This document shows, piece by piece, positions 1 through 10,597 of a stretch of 59,933 bases of DNA. Made by a program: the position numbers and the translations under genes. Within the stretch, counting starts at the first letter, position 1. Every line of letters starts with the position of its first letter. Below the pieces are notes generated by a model that saw nothing but the letters and a program-made list of their open reading frames with translations, made no database searches and was not told the DNA's origin. The stretch is from an uncultured virus (IMG/VR IMGVR_UViG_3300042477_000802) (Duplodnaviria; Heunggongvirae; Uroviricota; Caudoviricetes), in IMG/VR virus record IMGVR_UViG_3300042477_000802, positions 62,001 through 121,933 of that record. One strand, given 5' to 3'.

Positions 1-483
1 TTTAATGGTAGAGATTCCGTTAAAAAACGCACTCATCAACTTACAAGATTGACAGACAAAAGTTTTATTACTTTGATCCGGATGAGCATACTCATAATAT
101 TGACCACATGGTCCACGACAAGTAGCTCCCTCCTCCAACTCATACGAGGTATCTACCGTATATGGAAATCTAATCTTCTTAATTCTAAATGCTTTATGAA
201 TATCCTTTTCATAGACATGAAAAGAACGATGATGATTAATCATCCAATGATATTTAACATAATGATTGAATTTAGTTAATGCACTTTGATATTGTTTATT
301 ATCAAGCAGCTCATTAATTTCTTCCGCCACTTGTAATTCTTTAGCAATTTGAAAATCAAAATGATTGTTAATCACATCTACCATATCAGCACAAGCAGAT
401 TGTAAAGCTTCTTCCTTACTATTATAGATAGTAATATTTACTTCTTGCTCCATATGGTGAGCATATTCAACAATCCAGGGCAT
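1..483 (-). CDS. Hypothetical protein with C-terminal Cys-rich Zn-ribbon-like motif, truncated by window edge
   Basis: Not in ORF track. Manual translation from ATG 483 (AGGAG RBS) is open for 161 codons to base 1: MPWIVEYAHH...CRGPC...CQSC. Confidence 0.7.
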   Translation of the reverse strand, partial: MPWIVEYAHHMEQEVNITIYNSKEEALQSACADMVDVINNHFDFQIAKELQVAEEINELLDNKQYQSALTKFNHYVKYHWMINHHRSFHVYEKDIHKAFRIKKIRFPYTVDTSYELEEGATCRGPCGQYYEYAHPDQSNKTFVCQSCKLMSAFFNGISTIK

Positions 484-495
484 CTGTTCTCCTAA

Positions 496-972
496 TTAAT
501 ATTTGATAGTTTGACCATTCGGAGTTACTCTACCATAAGTAGAACCATTAGAATAAATATATTTATCTTCATGGCATTCATAATCCCTATGATCTTCAAA
601 GTTTTCTGGCTTGATATATTTACATAAATCGTAACAAACTGTATCTCCGCATGTTTTACGGATATGATTTAAATGGTCAATTACATCTTGCTTACTTTGA
701 TATTTTTTATCGACATTAGCCTGGTAGATGTCAGGGCCATCTTCTCGATATAGTTGACCATTAACATAATATTTTTTAGTCTCCCCTTTAACGGAGCTAT
801 TTGTTTGCTCATTAATTTTTACTGAAAAAGGCTCTGGTAGTGGAGGATTCAAGTTTAATTGATATTTATCAATCAAATTATTGACCGCAGTTAATGCAGC
901 GGCGGCCTCATGTTTATTATCGCTCTTAGCGAGCGATAATAATTTTTCTACTTTTTCAATTTTAGATTTCAT
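496..972 (-). CDS. DUF2786-like N-terminal helical domain protein with one degenerate HREDGP unit
   Basis: N-terminus KIEKVEKLLSLAKSDNKHEAAAALTAVNNLIDKY resembles the DUF2786 pattern; YREDGP remnant. Confidence 0.6.
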   Translation of the reverse strand: MKSKIEKVEKLLSLAKSDNKHEAAAALTAVNNLIDKYQLNLNPPLPEPFSVKINEQTNSSVKGETKKYYVNGQLYREDGPDIYQANVDKKYQSKQDVIDHLNHIRKTCGDTVCYDLCKYIKPENFEDHRDYECHEDKYIYSNGSTYGRVTPNGQTIKY

Positions 973-2462
973 TTTTTACTAGAAGCTAAATACAGCTCCC
1001 TCTTAGCACGAGTATAAGCGACATAAGTAAGATTGTCTTCTTCGATTCCGGTGCCAGGTCGATAAGTATCAGAGAGCATAAAAACCCTATCACGCTCCAA
1101 GCCCTTGGCTTTATGAGTAGTAGAGAGCATCACTCGATCCCTCCGATCATCTCCCTCATGGAATAACTTCTCAATATTAACCTTTACCTCTTCCAAAGAC
1201 CGAGTTCCCTCACATAGAGTACGAAGGCAATCCATCTTATCAGAGATGATATCCGTACTTCGCTTGGACTTGCTTAGTCGCTCCAATTCCGAATTCTCAT
1301 ATTCCTCTAACCAATTTAAGAAATTAATAACCGACTCAGCCTTAGAGCGGCGAATCAAGGCGATCATATTTTTGCCTAAATCCTTGCCCTGAATATTAGC
1401 CGGAATATGAGCTTTTAATAAATTGAGACACCATCGAATCAAAGGTGCATTCGTGCGCGAGAGAATGAAATCTCCAGGCTTTACCTTATCTAAGATTTGA
1501 TGGTCTGAAATCTCAGAGACCAAACCTTCTTCGGCTGAAGGGGCCGCCTGTAAATCAGGAACAAATTGTTGAGCCAAAGCCACAATTGCTTTAGCACAAC
1601 GATAAGTAACTGAGAGAGTTAATCTTTTAGATTGAAGACGATTAACAATGTTTTGAATAGCATTGCTATCGGCACCCATAAAGGAGTAAATAGCTTGTCG
1701 CTCATCTCCGACCGAGATAACTCGGCCATGACGACCTGCTGAACGAAGAGCCAATTCAATTTGAGCTTTGTTTAAGTCTTGAGCCTCATCGACAAAGACC
1801 ATGCCATAAGTTTCTAATGGAGCTTGATACACATTGGGAAACCAAATCATATCATCAAAATCCATGCGATGAGTATCATTCTTACAACCAGTCATGACTT
1901 TAATGACGCTCGTAATAAAAGACTCTCGAGTCGTATTGCAAGTATCAATATCATGACGGTCCATGATCTCATCGATATCTTCGTACCTGTCTGCCAGATA
2001 GCTTTTAGACAAAGAGACGCACTTAGCTAAGTTCTGACGAATATCTAAAGTTTCAGAATCATCACCTTTTTCTGCCTTGATAAAACCATACAGCTTTTCG
2101 TTACGGTCATCAATCTTAACCTTAGGAAACATCCTTTTGCTAGCTTGCAAGCCTAAAGAATGGATGGTAGAAACTGTTACTCCGGCCGGAGCCTTGCGCT
2201 CTAATTCTTTTTTAATGTCCTTAGCAAAGGCACACATTAAAGAGGGTTGCCGATTTAACGGCACATGATAGAAGCCTTCCACAATAGTAGTGGACTTACC
2301 CGTACCTGCATAGCTATCTACTTGTGTATGACCTTGCCCATTCGCAATATCATCAAAGACCGCTTGCTGATAAGCGGACCAAGAACGTTGGGTTCGAGGC
2401 TCCTTCACAACTTGAAGTGGAGTAAATTTAGAATAATTGGTACGACGGGCGCTGTAAGCCAT
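969..2462 (-). CDS. UvrD/Rep-like superfamily 1 helicase
   Basis: Motifs AGTGKST, VFVDEAQD, VGDERQAIYSF, TYRC, STTHKAKGLE, YVAYTRAK. Confidence 0.92.
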   Translation of the reverse strand: MAYSARRTNYSKFTPLQVVKEPRTQRSWSAYQQAVFDDIANGQGHTQVDSYAGTGKSTTIVEGFYHVPLNRQPSLMCAFAKDIKKELERKAPAGVTVSTIHSLGLQASKRMFPKVKIDDRNEKLYGFIKAEKGDDSETLDIRQNLAKCVSLSKSYLADRYEDIDEIMDRHDIDTCNTTRESFITSVIKVMTGCKNDTHRMDFDDMIWFPNVYQAPLETYGMVFVDEAQDLNKAQIELALRSAGRHGRVISVGDERQAIYSFMGADSNAIQNIVNRLQSKRLTLSVTYRCAKAIVALAQQFVPDLQAAPSAEEGLVSEISDHQILDKVKPGDFILSRTNAPLIRWCLNLLKAHIPANIQGKDLGKNMIALIRRSKAESVINFLNWLEEYENSELERLSKSKRSTDIISDKMDCLRTLCEGTRSLEEVKVNIEKLFHEGDDRRDRVMLSTTHKAKGLERDRVFMLSDTYRPGTGIEEDNLTYVAYTRAKRELYLASSKK

Positions 2463-2476
2463 ATATTAATTACAAT

Positions 2477-2725
2477 TCAAGAAGGATTGATATTTTCAAT
2501 GCTATTGAAATCAATAACATCAATTTCTAGAGAGTTAGTTTCTCCAGAATCCAAATAGACAATATTGACTGTTTCAGGAGTTTCGTCTCGAAAGAGACTA
2601 AATTCCACTGGACGATTAAGATAGGTACCAGTAAAGTATTCTAAACCTAGAGGCACATACCCAGAGCAATATTGGAAGAGCCCATGACGATTAACCATTT
2701 TTTCAGCAAATCTTTGACGAGACAT
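2477..2725 (-). CDS. Hypothetical protein
   Basis: ORF in operon, AAGGA RBS. Confidence 0.6.
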   Translation of the reverse strand: MSRQRFAEKMVNRHGLFQYCSGYVPLGLEYFTGTYLNRPVEFSLFRDETPETVNIVYLDSGETNSLEIDVIDFNSIENINPS

Positions 2726-2931
2726 AACTTCCTTTAAGTATAGATGTAACCATCTGTATCAATTCCGACATAAACATTATTATCGAAAAAATAATAATGA
2801 TCTACATTCCATTTTAATTCTTGGAGAATAATTTGATAATTATCCGGGAATGTTTTTTTGATAGCTTCGTTAATTAGATCTGGAATTAATAATTCAGAAT
2901 TATATTGCATTTTAATTTGCGGTAGAAAAAT

Positions 2932-3318
2932 TTACCATAAAGCTTTTAGCTTTACTAGTCTCCAATATTCTTCTTCTGAATATTCTTTTCCTTGAAGGTA
3001 CCACTCTTTAGATCCATCAGTATTTTCTACTGCGGGACCATCTTCTCGATGAAGTTGATCGTGAATCCACCATTCTTTAGATCCATTAGCCCATTCTACT
3101 GCCGGACCATCTCCTCGATGGTGTTGACCATGAAAAAACCAGTATTTATCTCCATTAGCATTATCTGCTGCCGGACCATCTTCTCGATGAAATTGGTCAT
3201 GAAAATACCAATGTTTATCTCCATTAGGCCATTCTACCGCTGGACCATCTTCTCGGTGAAGAAGATCATTCCAATAATAATATTTAATGCCTATTTGATC
3301 TATTTCAATTTTTTGCAT
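2932..3318 (-). CDS. HREDGPA-repeat protein with KLKALW tail
   Basis: 4 repeats of ~23 aa; ends RLVKLKALW. Confidence 0.88.
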   Translation of the reverse strand: MQKIEIDQIGIKYYYWNDLLHREDGPAVEWPNGDKHWYFHDQFHREDGPAADNANGDKYWFFHGQHHRGDGPAVEWANGSKEWWIHDQLHREDGPAVENTDGSKEWYLQGKEYSEEEYWRLVKLKALW

Positions 3319-3321
3319 ACT

Positions 3322-3636
3322 TTACCATAAAGCTTTTAGCTTTACCATTAGCCAATACTCTTTTTCTGCGTATTGTTTACCTTGAAGATACCACTCTTTA
3401 GTTCCATCAGGCCATTCTATAGTTGGACCATCTTCTCGATGACGTTGGCCATGAAAATACCAGACTGTAGTGCCATTAGCATATTCTACTGCTGGGCCAT
3501 CTTCTCGATGTAATTCGCCATGAAGCCACCATTGTTTATCTCCATTAGCCCACTCTATAGCTGGGCCATCTTCTCGATGTAGCTGACCATTCCAATAATA
3601 TTTTTTATTGTATTCATCTATTGTAATTTCTTGCAT
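3322..3636 (-). CDS. HREDGPA-repeat protein with KLKALW tail
   Basis: 3 repeats; tandem paralog. Confidence 0.88.
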   Translation of the reverse strand: MQEITIDEYNKKYYWNGQLHREDGPAIEWANGDKQWWLHGELHREDGPAVEYANGTTVWYFHGQRHREDGPTIEWPDGTKEWYLQGKQYAEKEYWLMVKLKALW

Positions 3637-3639
3637 ACT

Positions 3640-3954
3640 TTACCATAAAGCTTTTAGTTTTACTAAGCGCCAATATTCTTCTTCGGAATATTCTTTATTA
3701 CAAAGATAGTAGCGTTTATGCCCACCAGGATATTCACGAGCTGGACCATCTTCTCGATGTCTTTTGCCATGAATCCACCATTCTTTGCTTTCATGATATT
3801 CACGGGCTGGGCCATCTTCTCGATGCCATTTGCCATGAAGAAACCACTCTTTATGGCCATTAGCCCACTCTATTGCTGGACCATCTTCTCGATGGAAATG
3901 ACCATGAAAATAGTATTTTACTGTTCCATTAAAAGTAATTATCTTTTCTTGCAT
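3640..3954 (-). CDS. HREDGPA-repeat protein with KLKALW tail
   Basis: 3 repeats; start moved to MQEKII by analogy with paralogs. Confidence 0.85.
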   Translation of the reverse strand: MQEKIITFNGTVKYYFHGHFHREDGPAIEWANGHKEWFLHGKWHREDGPAREYHESKEWWIHGKRHREDGPAREYPGGHKRYYLCNKEYSEEEYWRLVKLKALW

Positions 3955-4059
3955 GTGGTTTTTAATCTTCCCACGAAGACCATAAGACCCAAACAATAAT
4001 AGATTGAACTATAAAACTAGCAGCCATTAATCCAATGATAATAAACATATATGTCATAG

Positions 4060-4134
4060 AGACTCTAATGGGAATCGAACCCATATTAGACGGTGTTAGA
4101 TGCCGTTGTCTTAACCTAGTTAGACGATAGAGTC
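4060..4134 (-). tRNA. tRNA with CUA anticodon (amber suppressor-like)
   Basis: GACTCTA/TAGAGTC acceptor, GTCT/AGAC D-stem, ACGGC-ATCTAAC-ACCGT anticodon arm (31-39 C.A mismatch), ATGGG-TTCGATT-CCCAT T-arm; no encoded CCA. Confidence 0.75.
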
Positions 4135-4419
4135 TTAGCTGCCCGTTTTTAGAATTTCTTATCTGATCACTTAGCTAGAGTGAACAAAAAGATTTTCACC
4201 TTCAGCGTAAAACGGAGCCGAAAATGCTGCCCAGTATTTATGGTATAATTGGCACCAGACAAGTTTTAGTTAAGGAATTAAAACCTGTCAAAAATTGACC
4301 CCTAAGTTATATTCGCTCGATGGACGAGCTAAGACTGAATTTTTCATAAATCAGACCTAAAAAGATAGGCATTCTTCGCTAGCCTATACCGCTAGTATAC
4401 ATCGCTGTATAAATAACTT

Positions 4420-4490
4420 TTTATTGTTAAGGTATCGAAGCCTTAATCTCCCATTTGTAGTGGGCGCTTTTACCATTAAGCTAACAATAA
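4420..4490 (-). pseudogene. Degenerate tRNA-like sequence
   Basis: TTATTGT/ACAATAA acceptor, GCTT-AATGGTAA-AAGC D-arm, 4-bp CCCA/TGGG stem with CTACAAA loop, T-arm with C before TTCGA; geometry non-canonical. Confidence 0.45.
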
Positions 4491-4588
4491 TTTTGTTATT
4501 TATTCAGCCTGGAATATACAACCAGTTTGCCTCCAGATGGAAATATTATTACCGGTAAATAATACCACCCAATTGCGTGGCGTCCCAC

Positions 4589-5110
4589 TTAATCAGATGA
4601 GCAAATCTTTTGATATTGATCCAAGGTGCCAGGATTCCAATCTCGAATCATGACCCCATATGAGTTAATTCTCTCGGACCAATCATATCTAACGCGAGCT
4701 TGTTGACCTCGCCTAATCCACATTCTACCTTTAACATCTGGCGGTAGACTCCAGACATTGGCATCGGCTTTAAATCTATTTAATACTTTATTAACTAGAT
4801 TATGAAACGACACCCAGTCATCCCATTCTAAATACTTAGACATTGGCTTAGGTTTCTGAGACACCAGACAGGGACCAGGATGATTGCCACAGTAAGGTTT
4901 AGCCGAAGCTAATCGAACCTTCTGCACTAAAATGCCCGGCGCATAATCTTTAGTCTCTCCAGCTTGACGACAATCTGAACGACTCATACGCAACGAAGTT
5001 GGAATTAATCGGCAGTTAAATCGGCCATCAGCATTTAAACGAGATTGTAAATAGTTCATAACTTTATCTCGTTTCTCGATGTCGCCACGCAAAAATTGAA
5101 TAGTGTACAT
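4589..5110 (-). CDS. Hypothetical protein
   Basis: Start moved to MYTIQF (AGAGGA RBS); lies downstream of a promoter-motif copy. Confidence 0.7.
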   Translation of the reverse strand: MYTIQFLRGDIEKRDKVMNYLQSRLNADGRFNCRLIPTSLRMSRSDCRQAGETKDYAPGILVQKVRLASAKPYCGNHPGPCLVSQKPKPMSKYLEWDDWVSFHNLVNKVLNRFKADANVWSLPPDVKGRMWIRRGQQARVRYDWSERINSYGVMIRDWNPGTLDQYQKICSSD

Positions 5111-5159
5111 GATCCTCTGACTGAGAAGAATGTTACGGTTTGGAGCGTTGCGCTCTTGC

Positions 5160-5196
5160 ACCCTTAGGGAGCAGCGAAAAAATTTAGTCGCTGGGA
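5160..5196 (-). promoter_or_regulatory. Isolated copy of bipartite CCCAGCGACTAA-N15-CCTA element
   Basis: Exact TTAGTCGCTGGG at 5184-5195 plus CCTAAGGGT at the conserved spacing. Confidence 0.7.
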
Positions 5197-5232
5197 TTCC
5201 AGCCTGACTAGAATCCAGCGATTAAAAACTAA

Positions 5233-6465
5233 TCAAACTGTTTGATGTTTGACTGCTGGCAGTTCAAGTAATTCTTCTTCTGCTGTGTTAGAAGATTCAG
5301 AAATCCTGATTGAAGGATGAGGAAGTTCTATTACTTGAGACATAATGGGTTTCAAAAACGAAATTACTTCTGATAACATTTCATTTCCAATGATAGCTAC
5401 ACTATCAATAGCCCATTCATTAGCTAATGCTTGAGCTCGAGGTTCATTTTGCAATGATGGCAGATATCTAAAAATCCAAGCTAGAATCTGTTGAATAAAA
5501 GCTAAACCCCATTCTGTCTCCATAATTTCTTTAGCTGTTTTAATCCAGCTCTTTTTTACTTGCTTGTTTTTCAGAAAAGCAAGTAACATTACTCTGGCGG
5601 TTTTAGAAATAGATTTAGCCGCTACTCTAAAGGCAGCTTGATTTACATCAGCAGTAAAATAATTCCATGCTGAAGGCAGGACATTTATCTCTCCATTAGA
5701 TGGAGAGACACATTTCTTATTTATATTAGCTGTTTTTTCTTTCCACTCGGTTTCAGTGTAGATTTTATCTTGAAGCCGCCATTCTTTATATCCATTAGGC
5801 ATTTCTAATGCTGGCCCATCTTCTCGATGGAGTTTACCATGAATACACCAACATTTAGCCCCATTATTATATTCTATAGCTGGACCATCTTCTCGATGGA
5901 GTTTTCCATGAAAACACCAGCATTTATTTCCATTAGGATATTCTACGGCTGGCCCATCTTCTCGATGTAAGAGACCATTCAACTTCCAAAACTTATTGCC
6001 ATCTTTATCTACTTCCATCACTGGCTGAGTAGAATCAATCTGTTGATGGGTTGGAGCGGCAGTTTTCTTTTTCATGGCAGCCACTTTTTTCATCCACTCG
6101 GTTTATGAATATTTTTCGCCTTGAAGATACCAGAATTTATCTCCATTAGAATATTCTAGTGCTGGGCCATCTTCTCGATGTAATTTGTCATGAAGACGCC
6201 ATTCTTTATATCCATTAAACAGCTCTACTGCTGGACCATCTTCTCGATGTAGTTGATCATGAAGATACCATTGTTTATTTCCATTAGACCATTCTATGGC
6301 CGGACCATCTTCTCGATGTCGCTGACCATTAAGCCACCATTCTTTATTTCCATTAACCCGTTCTATGGCTGGACCATCCTCTCGATGGAGATAATCCTCA
6401 TCAGGATTATAGTAACTTTTATTTCCATCAAGATCAACACACATTAAAAAAGAAGGGTTAGTCAT
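5233..6465 (-). pseudogene. HREDGPA-repeat + shared C-terminal domain gene split by an in-frame TAA
   Basis: ORFs 6103-6465 and 5233-6093 are in frame: YLQGEKYS-TAA-TEW-MKKVAAM, where paralogs read YTETEWKKKVAAM. Confidence 0.7.
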
Positions 6466-6862
6466 GTAATACCTCTAAATCTGGAGGGCATTCTGCAAAA
6501 GGTTCCCACTTAACTTCTACACCACGAGCTTTGATAATTTTTAACATAGCCAACGCCCCATCATCATTCACCGATTGAATGATAATCTGTTTAGGTAACA
6601 GATTATCTGTTAGTTGACAAATCTGCCAAGCCGCATGTTGACCATTAAACTCTTGCTGTTTACCAAAATCATCGACAAAAGTATCACCTTCCACCAAATC
6701 ACATAAATCATGGTCTAAGTGAATTAAATCCCAAGGAGAACCGGTGTGTAAATGATGCAAGAATTCAGAAAATTTATGCACACTAATTACTTCGTCTGCA
6801 ATAAAAGATTCTCGGAAAAAATTATGGCGAAATTGGTCGTCATCTAAAATTAGAATTCTCAT
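6458..6862 (-). CDS. Cyclic-phosphate-processing receiver-like domain protein
   Basis: MRILILDDD start, LIHLDHDL motif and IIIQSVN, typical of this phage-associated receiver-like family. Confidence 0.7.
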   Translation of the reverse strand: MRILILDDDQFRHNFFRESFIADEVISVHKFSEFLHHLHTGSPWDLIHLDHDLCDLVEGDTFVDDFGKQQEFNGQHAAWQICQLTDNLLPKQIIIQSVNDDGALAMLKIIKARGVEVKWEPFAECPPDLEVLHD

Positions 6863-6914
6863 TTAATTCTCCAGTCGAAAATCAGATAAACTATCTTTGG
6901 TGACCCATAAGATA

Positions 6915-7316
6915 TTAAAATTCATTTTTAATTAGAAGTTTTTGAGAATATTCTTCAGGTTCTAATTCTTTACCTTCTAGGTAAAATAATTCTACTCCAT
7001 TGGGATAGATAATGGCTGGCCCGCCTTCTCGATGGAGAAGACCGTGAAAATACCACATCTTAGTTCCATCAGCATATTCTACCGCTGGACCATCATCTCG
7101 GTGTAATTGATTATGACTCCACCATTCTTGGTCACCATTACGGTTAATAATGGCTGGACCATCTTCTCGATGAAGTTGGCCGAACAGGTAGTATTCTTTC
7201 GAGCCATTGTGTCTTTCAATGGCAGGACCATCTTGTCGATGATATAGTCCATTTAATTTCCAAATTTTTCCACCAGCAAAGGTAGTGGACATAATGGGCA
7301 TTTTCTTATTAATCAT
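6915..7316 (-). CDS. HREDGPA-repeat protein
   Basis: 4 repeats; start moved to MINKK to remove overlap. Confidence 0.85.
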   Translation of the reverse strand: MINKKMPIMSTTFAGGKIWKLNGLYHRQDGPAIERHNGSKEYYLFGQLHREDGPAIINRNGDQEWWSHNQLHRDDGPAVEYADGTKMWYFHGLLHREGGPAIIYPNGVELFYLEGKELEPEEYSQKLLIKNEF

Positions 7317-7317
7317 A

Positions 7318-9603
7318 TTAACTTGTTGCCTGTTGTTGGAGAGTTTCCATAGTCTCAATTTCCTCTTCTTCTAAAGAGCGATCTGTAGAAGTCAGAGGGG
7401 ATACTCTAATGTTAGAGGAAGGCAATTCCATAACTTGAGAAATAATTGGAGCAAAATATGCAGCTAATTCTTGAGTGACTTCATTTCCAATAATAGCTAC
7501 GCTATCAATCGCCCATTCATTAGCCAAAGCTGTTGCCCTGGGGTCTTCCTTCAGTTGAGGTAGAGACCTAAAACTCCAGGCTAAGACTTGCTGAATAAAG
7601 GCTAAACCCAACTCGGTGGACATCATCTCTTCGGCTGAAAGAAGCCAGCTCTTTTTAACTTTCTTAGTTTTGAGAAAAGCTAATAAGGCAGTACGAGCAG
7701 TTTTGGGAATAGTCTTAGCGGCTACTCGGAAAGTTCCGTGAGATAGATCAGAGGTTAAATGTTGCCAAGCAGAATCGGCTGGTTTTGCGATGGTATTGAC
7801 TGCTGGAAAAAGTTTTTTACCATACTCTTCTTCTGTATATTCTTTACCTTGAAGGAACCATTTTTTATCTCCATTACACCATTCGATAGCTGGCCCATCG
7901 TCTCGATGTAATTTCCCATGAAGATACCAATACTTATCTCCATCAGTCCACTCTATCGCCGGACCATCTACTCGATGGCATTGACCATGAAGATACCAAA
8001 ATTTACTACCATCAGTATATTCTAAAGCGGGTCCATCTTCTCGATGAAGTTTATCATGAAGATACCAATCTTTACGTCCATTAAACCATTCTATGGCCGG
8101 ACCATCTTCTCGATGTAATTGACCATTTAGTTTCCAGTACTTAGTGCCATCTTCAACTACTTCCATTACTTGTTGAGTAGGATCATTAGCTTCATGAGAC
8201 ACAGTTTTAGAGTTAACATCTCTCTTCTTCATCGAAGAAACTTGCTTCTTCCACCCAGCTTCAGTATATTTTTTACCTTTCAGGTACCACCATTTATCTC
8301 CATCATACCATTCTATGGCAGGACCATCTACTCGATGAAGTTGGCCATGACAATACCACTCTTTATTTCCATTAATAGATTCTACTGCTGGACCATCCTC
8401 TCGATGTAATCTACCATTTAATTTCCATCGCTTAATTCCATAGTTGTCTACTTCCATCACTGGTTGAGTAGAATCAGTAGCTTCATGAGACGCAGTTTTA
8501 GACTTAATATCTTTCTTCTTCATCGCAGAAACTTTCTTCTTCCACCCAGCTTCAGTATATTGGTTACCTTGCAGGTACCAAAATTTTAGACCCTCAGCAC
8601 TCTCTAACGCTGGCCCATCTTCTCGATGTAATTTATTATTAAGATACCATGATGTATCTCCATTAGCATATTCTATCGCCGGACCATCTTCTCGATGAAG
8701 ATCTCCATGACGATACCACCATTTAGCTCCATTAATATATTCTAACGCTGGACCATCTTCTCGATGGAGTTGGTCATTCAGTTTCCAGCACTTAGTGCCA
8801 GCTTCATCTATTGTCATCATCGGTTGAGTAGAATCAACTAACTTTTTATTATCAGCAGAATTTTTAGATGTTACACTTTTCTTTTTAATATTTGTCACTT
8901 TGACAGCCTTTGGCAAGCTAGAAGTTGTCTTCTTTTTATTAGACGATGCCTCAATAGATAATTTTTTCTTGGCGATATTCCAGTCTTGTTCTGAATAGTT
9001 TTCGCCATGAATCCACCATTGTTTGAATCCATCAGCCCAGTCTACCGCTGGACCATCTGCTCGATGTAATTCGTTATGAAGATACCATTTTTTATTTCCA
9101 TTAACACATTCGATAGCTGGACCACCTTCTCGATGCAATTTATAATTAACCCACCATTCTTTATGCCCATCAGTACCTTCTACTGCCGGTCCATCTTCTC
9201 GATGAAGCTCACCATGAAACCACCACTCTTTAGTTCCATTAGCATATTCTCTAGCTGGGCCATCTTCTCGGTGTAATTTCCCATTTAAAACATAACTGGT
9301 AATTCCATTTTGATACTCAACCGAAGAAGTTTCGGTATTGCCAGAAATAATAAATGGCTCTTTCTTGGCTAAAGAAGCCATTAATGATAAGTAATCTTCT
9401 TTATTAAAAGCATTACCATGCAAGTAATATTCTTGATTACCATTCGGCCACTCAATAGCCGGACCATGTAAACGATGCTTCTTACCATTCTGGTACCAGA
9501 ACTTGGTCCCGTCTACCCATTCAATAGCTGGGCCATCCTCTCGGTGATATTGACCCTTAACGGTCCATCGCTTATTTCCCTTCTCATCTTGTTGAAAACT
9601 CAA
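7318..9603 (-). CDS. Large HREDGPA-repeat protein with shared C-terminal domain
   Basis: Five repeat blocks separated by Lys/Ser/Thr linkers; C-terminus SDLSHGTFRVAAKTIPKTAR...ANEWAIDS. Confidence 0.88.
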   Translation of the reverse strand: MSFQQDEKGNKRWTVKGQYHREDGPAIEWVDGTKFWYQNGKKHRLHGPAIEWPNGNQEYYLHGNAFNKEDYLSLMASLAKKEPFIISGNTETSSVEYQNGITSYVLNGKLHREDGPAREYANGTKEWWFHGELHREDGPAVEGTDGHKEWWVNYKLHREGGPAIECVNGNKKWYLHNELHRADGPAVDWADGFKQWWIHGENYSEQDWNIAKKKLSIEASSNKKKTTSSLPKAVKVTNIKKKSVTSKNSADNKKLVDSTQPMMTIDEAGTKCWKLNDQLHREDGPALEYINGAKWWYRHGDLHREDGPAIEYANGDTSWYLNNKLHREDGPALESAEGLKFWYLQGNQYTEAGWKKKVSAMKKKDIKSKTASHEATDSTQPVMEVDNYGIKRWKLNGRLHREDGPAVESINGNKEWYCHGQLHRVDGPAIEWYDGDKWWYLKGKKYTEAGWKKQVSSMKKRDVNSKTVSHEANDPTQQVMEVVEDGTKYWKLNGQLHREDGPAIEWFNGRKDWYLHDKLHREDGPALEYTDGSKFWYLHGQCHRVDGPAIEWTDGDKYWYLHGKLHRDDGPAIEWCNGDKKWFLQGKEYTEEEYGKKLFPAVNTIAKPADSAWQHLTSDLSHGTFRVAAKTIPKTARTALLAFLKTKKVKKSWLLSAEEMMSTELGLAFIQQVLAWSFRSLPQLKEDPRATALANEWAIDSVAIIGNEVTQELAAYFAPIISQVMELPSSNIRVSPLTSTDRSLEEEEIETMETLQQQATS

Positions 9604-9606
9604 GAT

Positions 9607-10005
9607 TTATCTCCAAAAATATTTAAGTTTGACTAATCGCGAATGTTCTTCTTCGGTATATTTTTTACCTTGAAGGTACCATACTTTCAATCCATCAGCA
9701 TATTCTTTGGCCGGACCATCTTCTCGATGAAGTTGACCATGAAGCCACCATTCCTTATCTCCAGTCTGCCATTCTATGGCAGGACCATGCTCTCGATGAA
9801 GATAATTATTTAAGTACCAATGTTTACTACCTAAAGCAGTCTCTACCGCCGGACCATCTTCTCGATGTCGTTTGCCATGAAAAAACCATTCTTTATCTCC
9901 ATTAGCATATTCTTTAGCAGGGCCATCTGTTCGATGGTAACAAAATTTGGTTGGATGATAATATGTCTTCTCATCATCATAATATGAGATTAAATAGTCT
10001 GCCAT
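9607..10005 (-). CDS. HREDGPA-repeat protein
   Basis: 4 repeats; ends RLVKLKYFWR. Confidence 0.85.
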   Translation of the reverse strand: MADYLISYYDDEKTYYHPTKFCYHRTDGPAKEYANGDKEWFFHGKRHREDGPAVETALGSKHWYLNNYLHREHGPAIEWQTGDKEWWLHGQLHREDGPAKEYADGLKVWYLQGKKYTEEEHSRLVKLKYFWR

Positions 10006-10009
10006 TAGA

Positions 10010-10483
10010 TTACCATAAAGCTTTTAATTTAACTACTCGCCAATATTCTTCTTCTAAATATTGTTGACCATTAATCCACCATTCTTTATCGCCATTATCA
10101 TATTCTATGGCAGGGCCACCTTCTCGATGAAGGCGTCCATTCAGACACCATTCTTTATAGCCAGTAGTATCTTCTACTGCTGGACCATCTTCTCGATGTC
10201 GTTTGCCATGAAGATACCAATATTTAGTTCCATTAGAATATTCGATAGCTGGACCATCTTCTCGATGTCTTTTGCCATGAATAAACCATTCTTTATATCC
10301 ATTAATATATTCTATAGCGGGACCATTTTCTCGATGCCGTTGACCATTAAGCCACCACTCTTTATCTCCATTATAATCTTCTATTGCCGGACCATCTTCT
10401 CGATGGAATTGACCATTGAGTTTATAAATTTTACCATATAGATCTTCTTTTATTGTTGCAATAGATTTGTTTTCCTGTGTCAT
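10010..10483 (-). CDS. HREDGPA-repeat protein with KLKALW tail
   Basis: 5 repeats. Confidence 0.88.
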   Translation of the reverse strand: MTQENKSIATIKEDLYGKIYKLNGQFHREDGPAIEDYNGDKEWWLNGQRHRENGPAIEYINGYKEWFIHGKRHREDGPAIEYSNGTKYWYLHGKRHREDGPAVEDTTGYKEWCLNGRLHREGGPAIEYDNGDKEWWINGQQYLEEEYWRVVKLKALW

Positions 10484-10597
10484 GCAAAGATTCTCTTTAC
10501 ATACCTCTTCACCAAAAAAGAAGTCATGAGTCCCGCCAAAAATCCACCCAACGTACCCAGCACCAATAACATAAAAAATACCATTAATAACATATAT

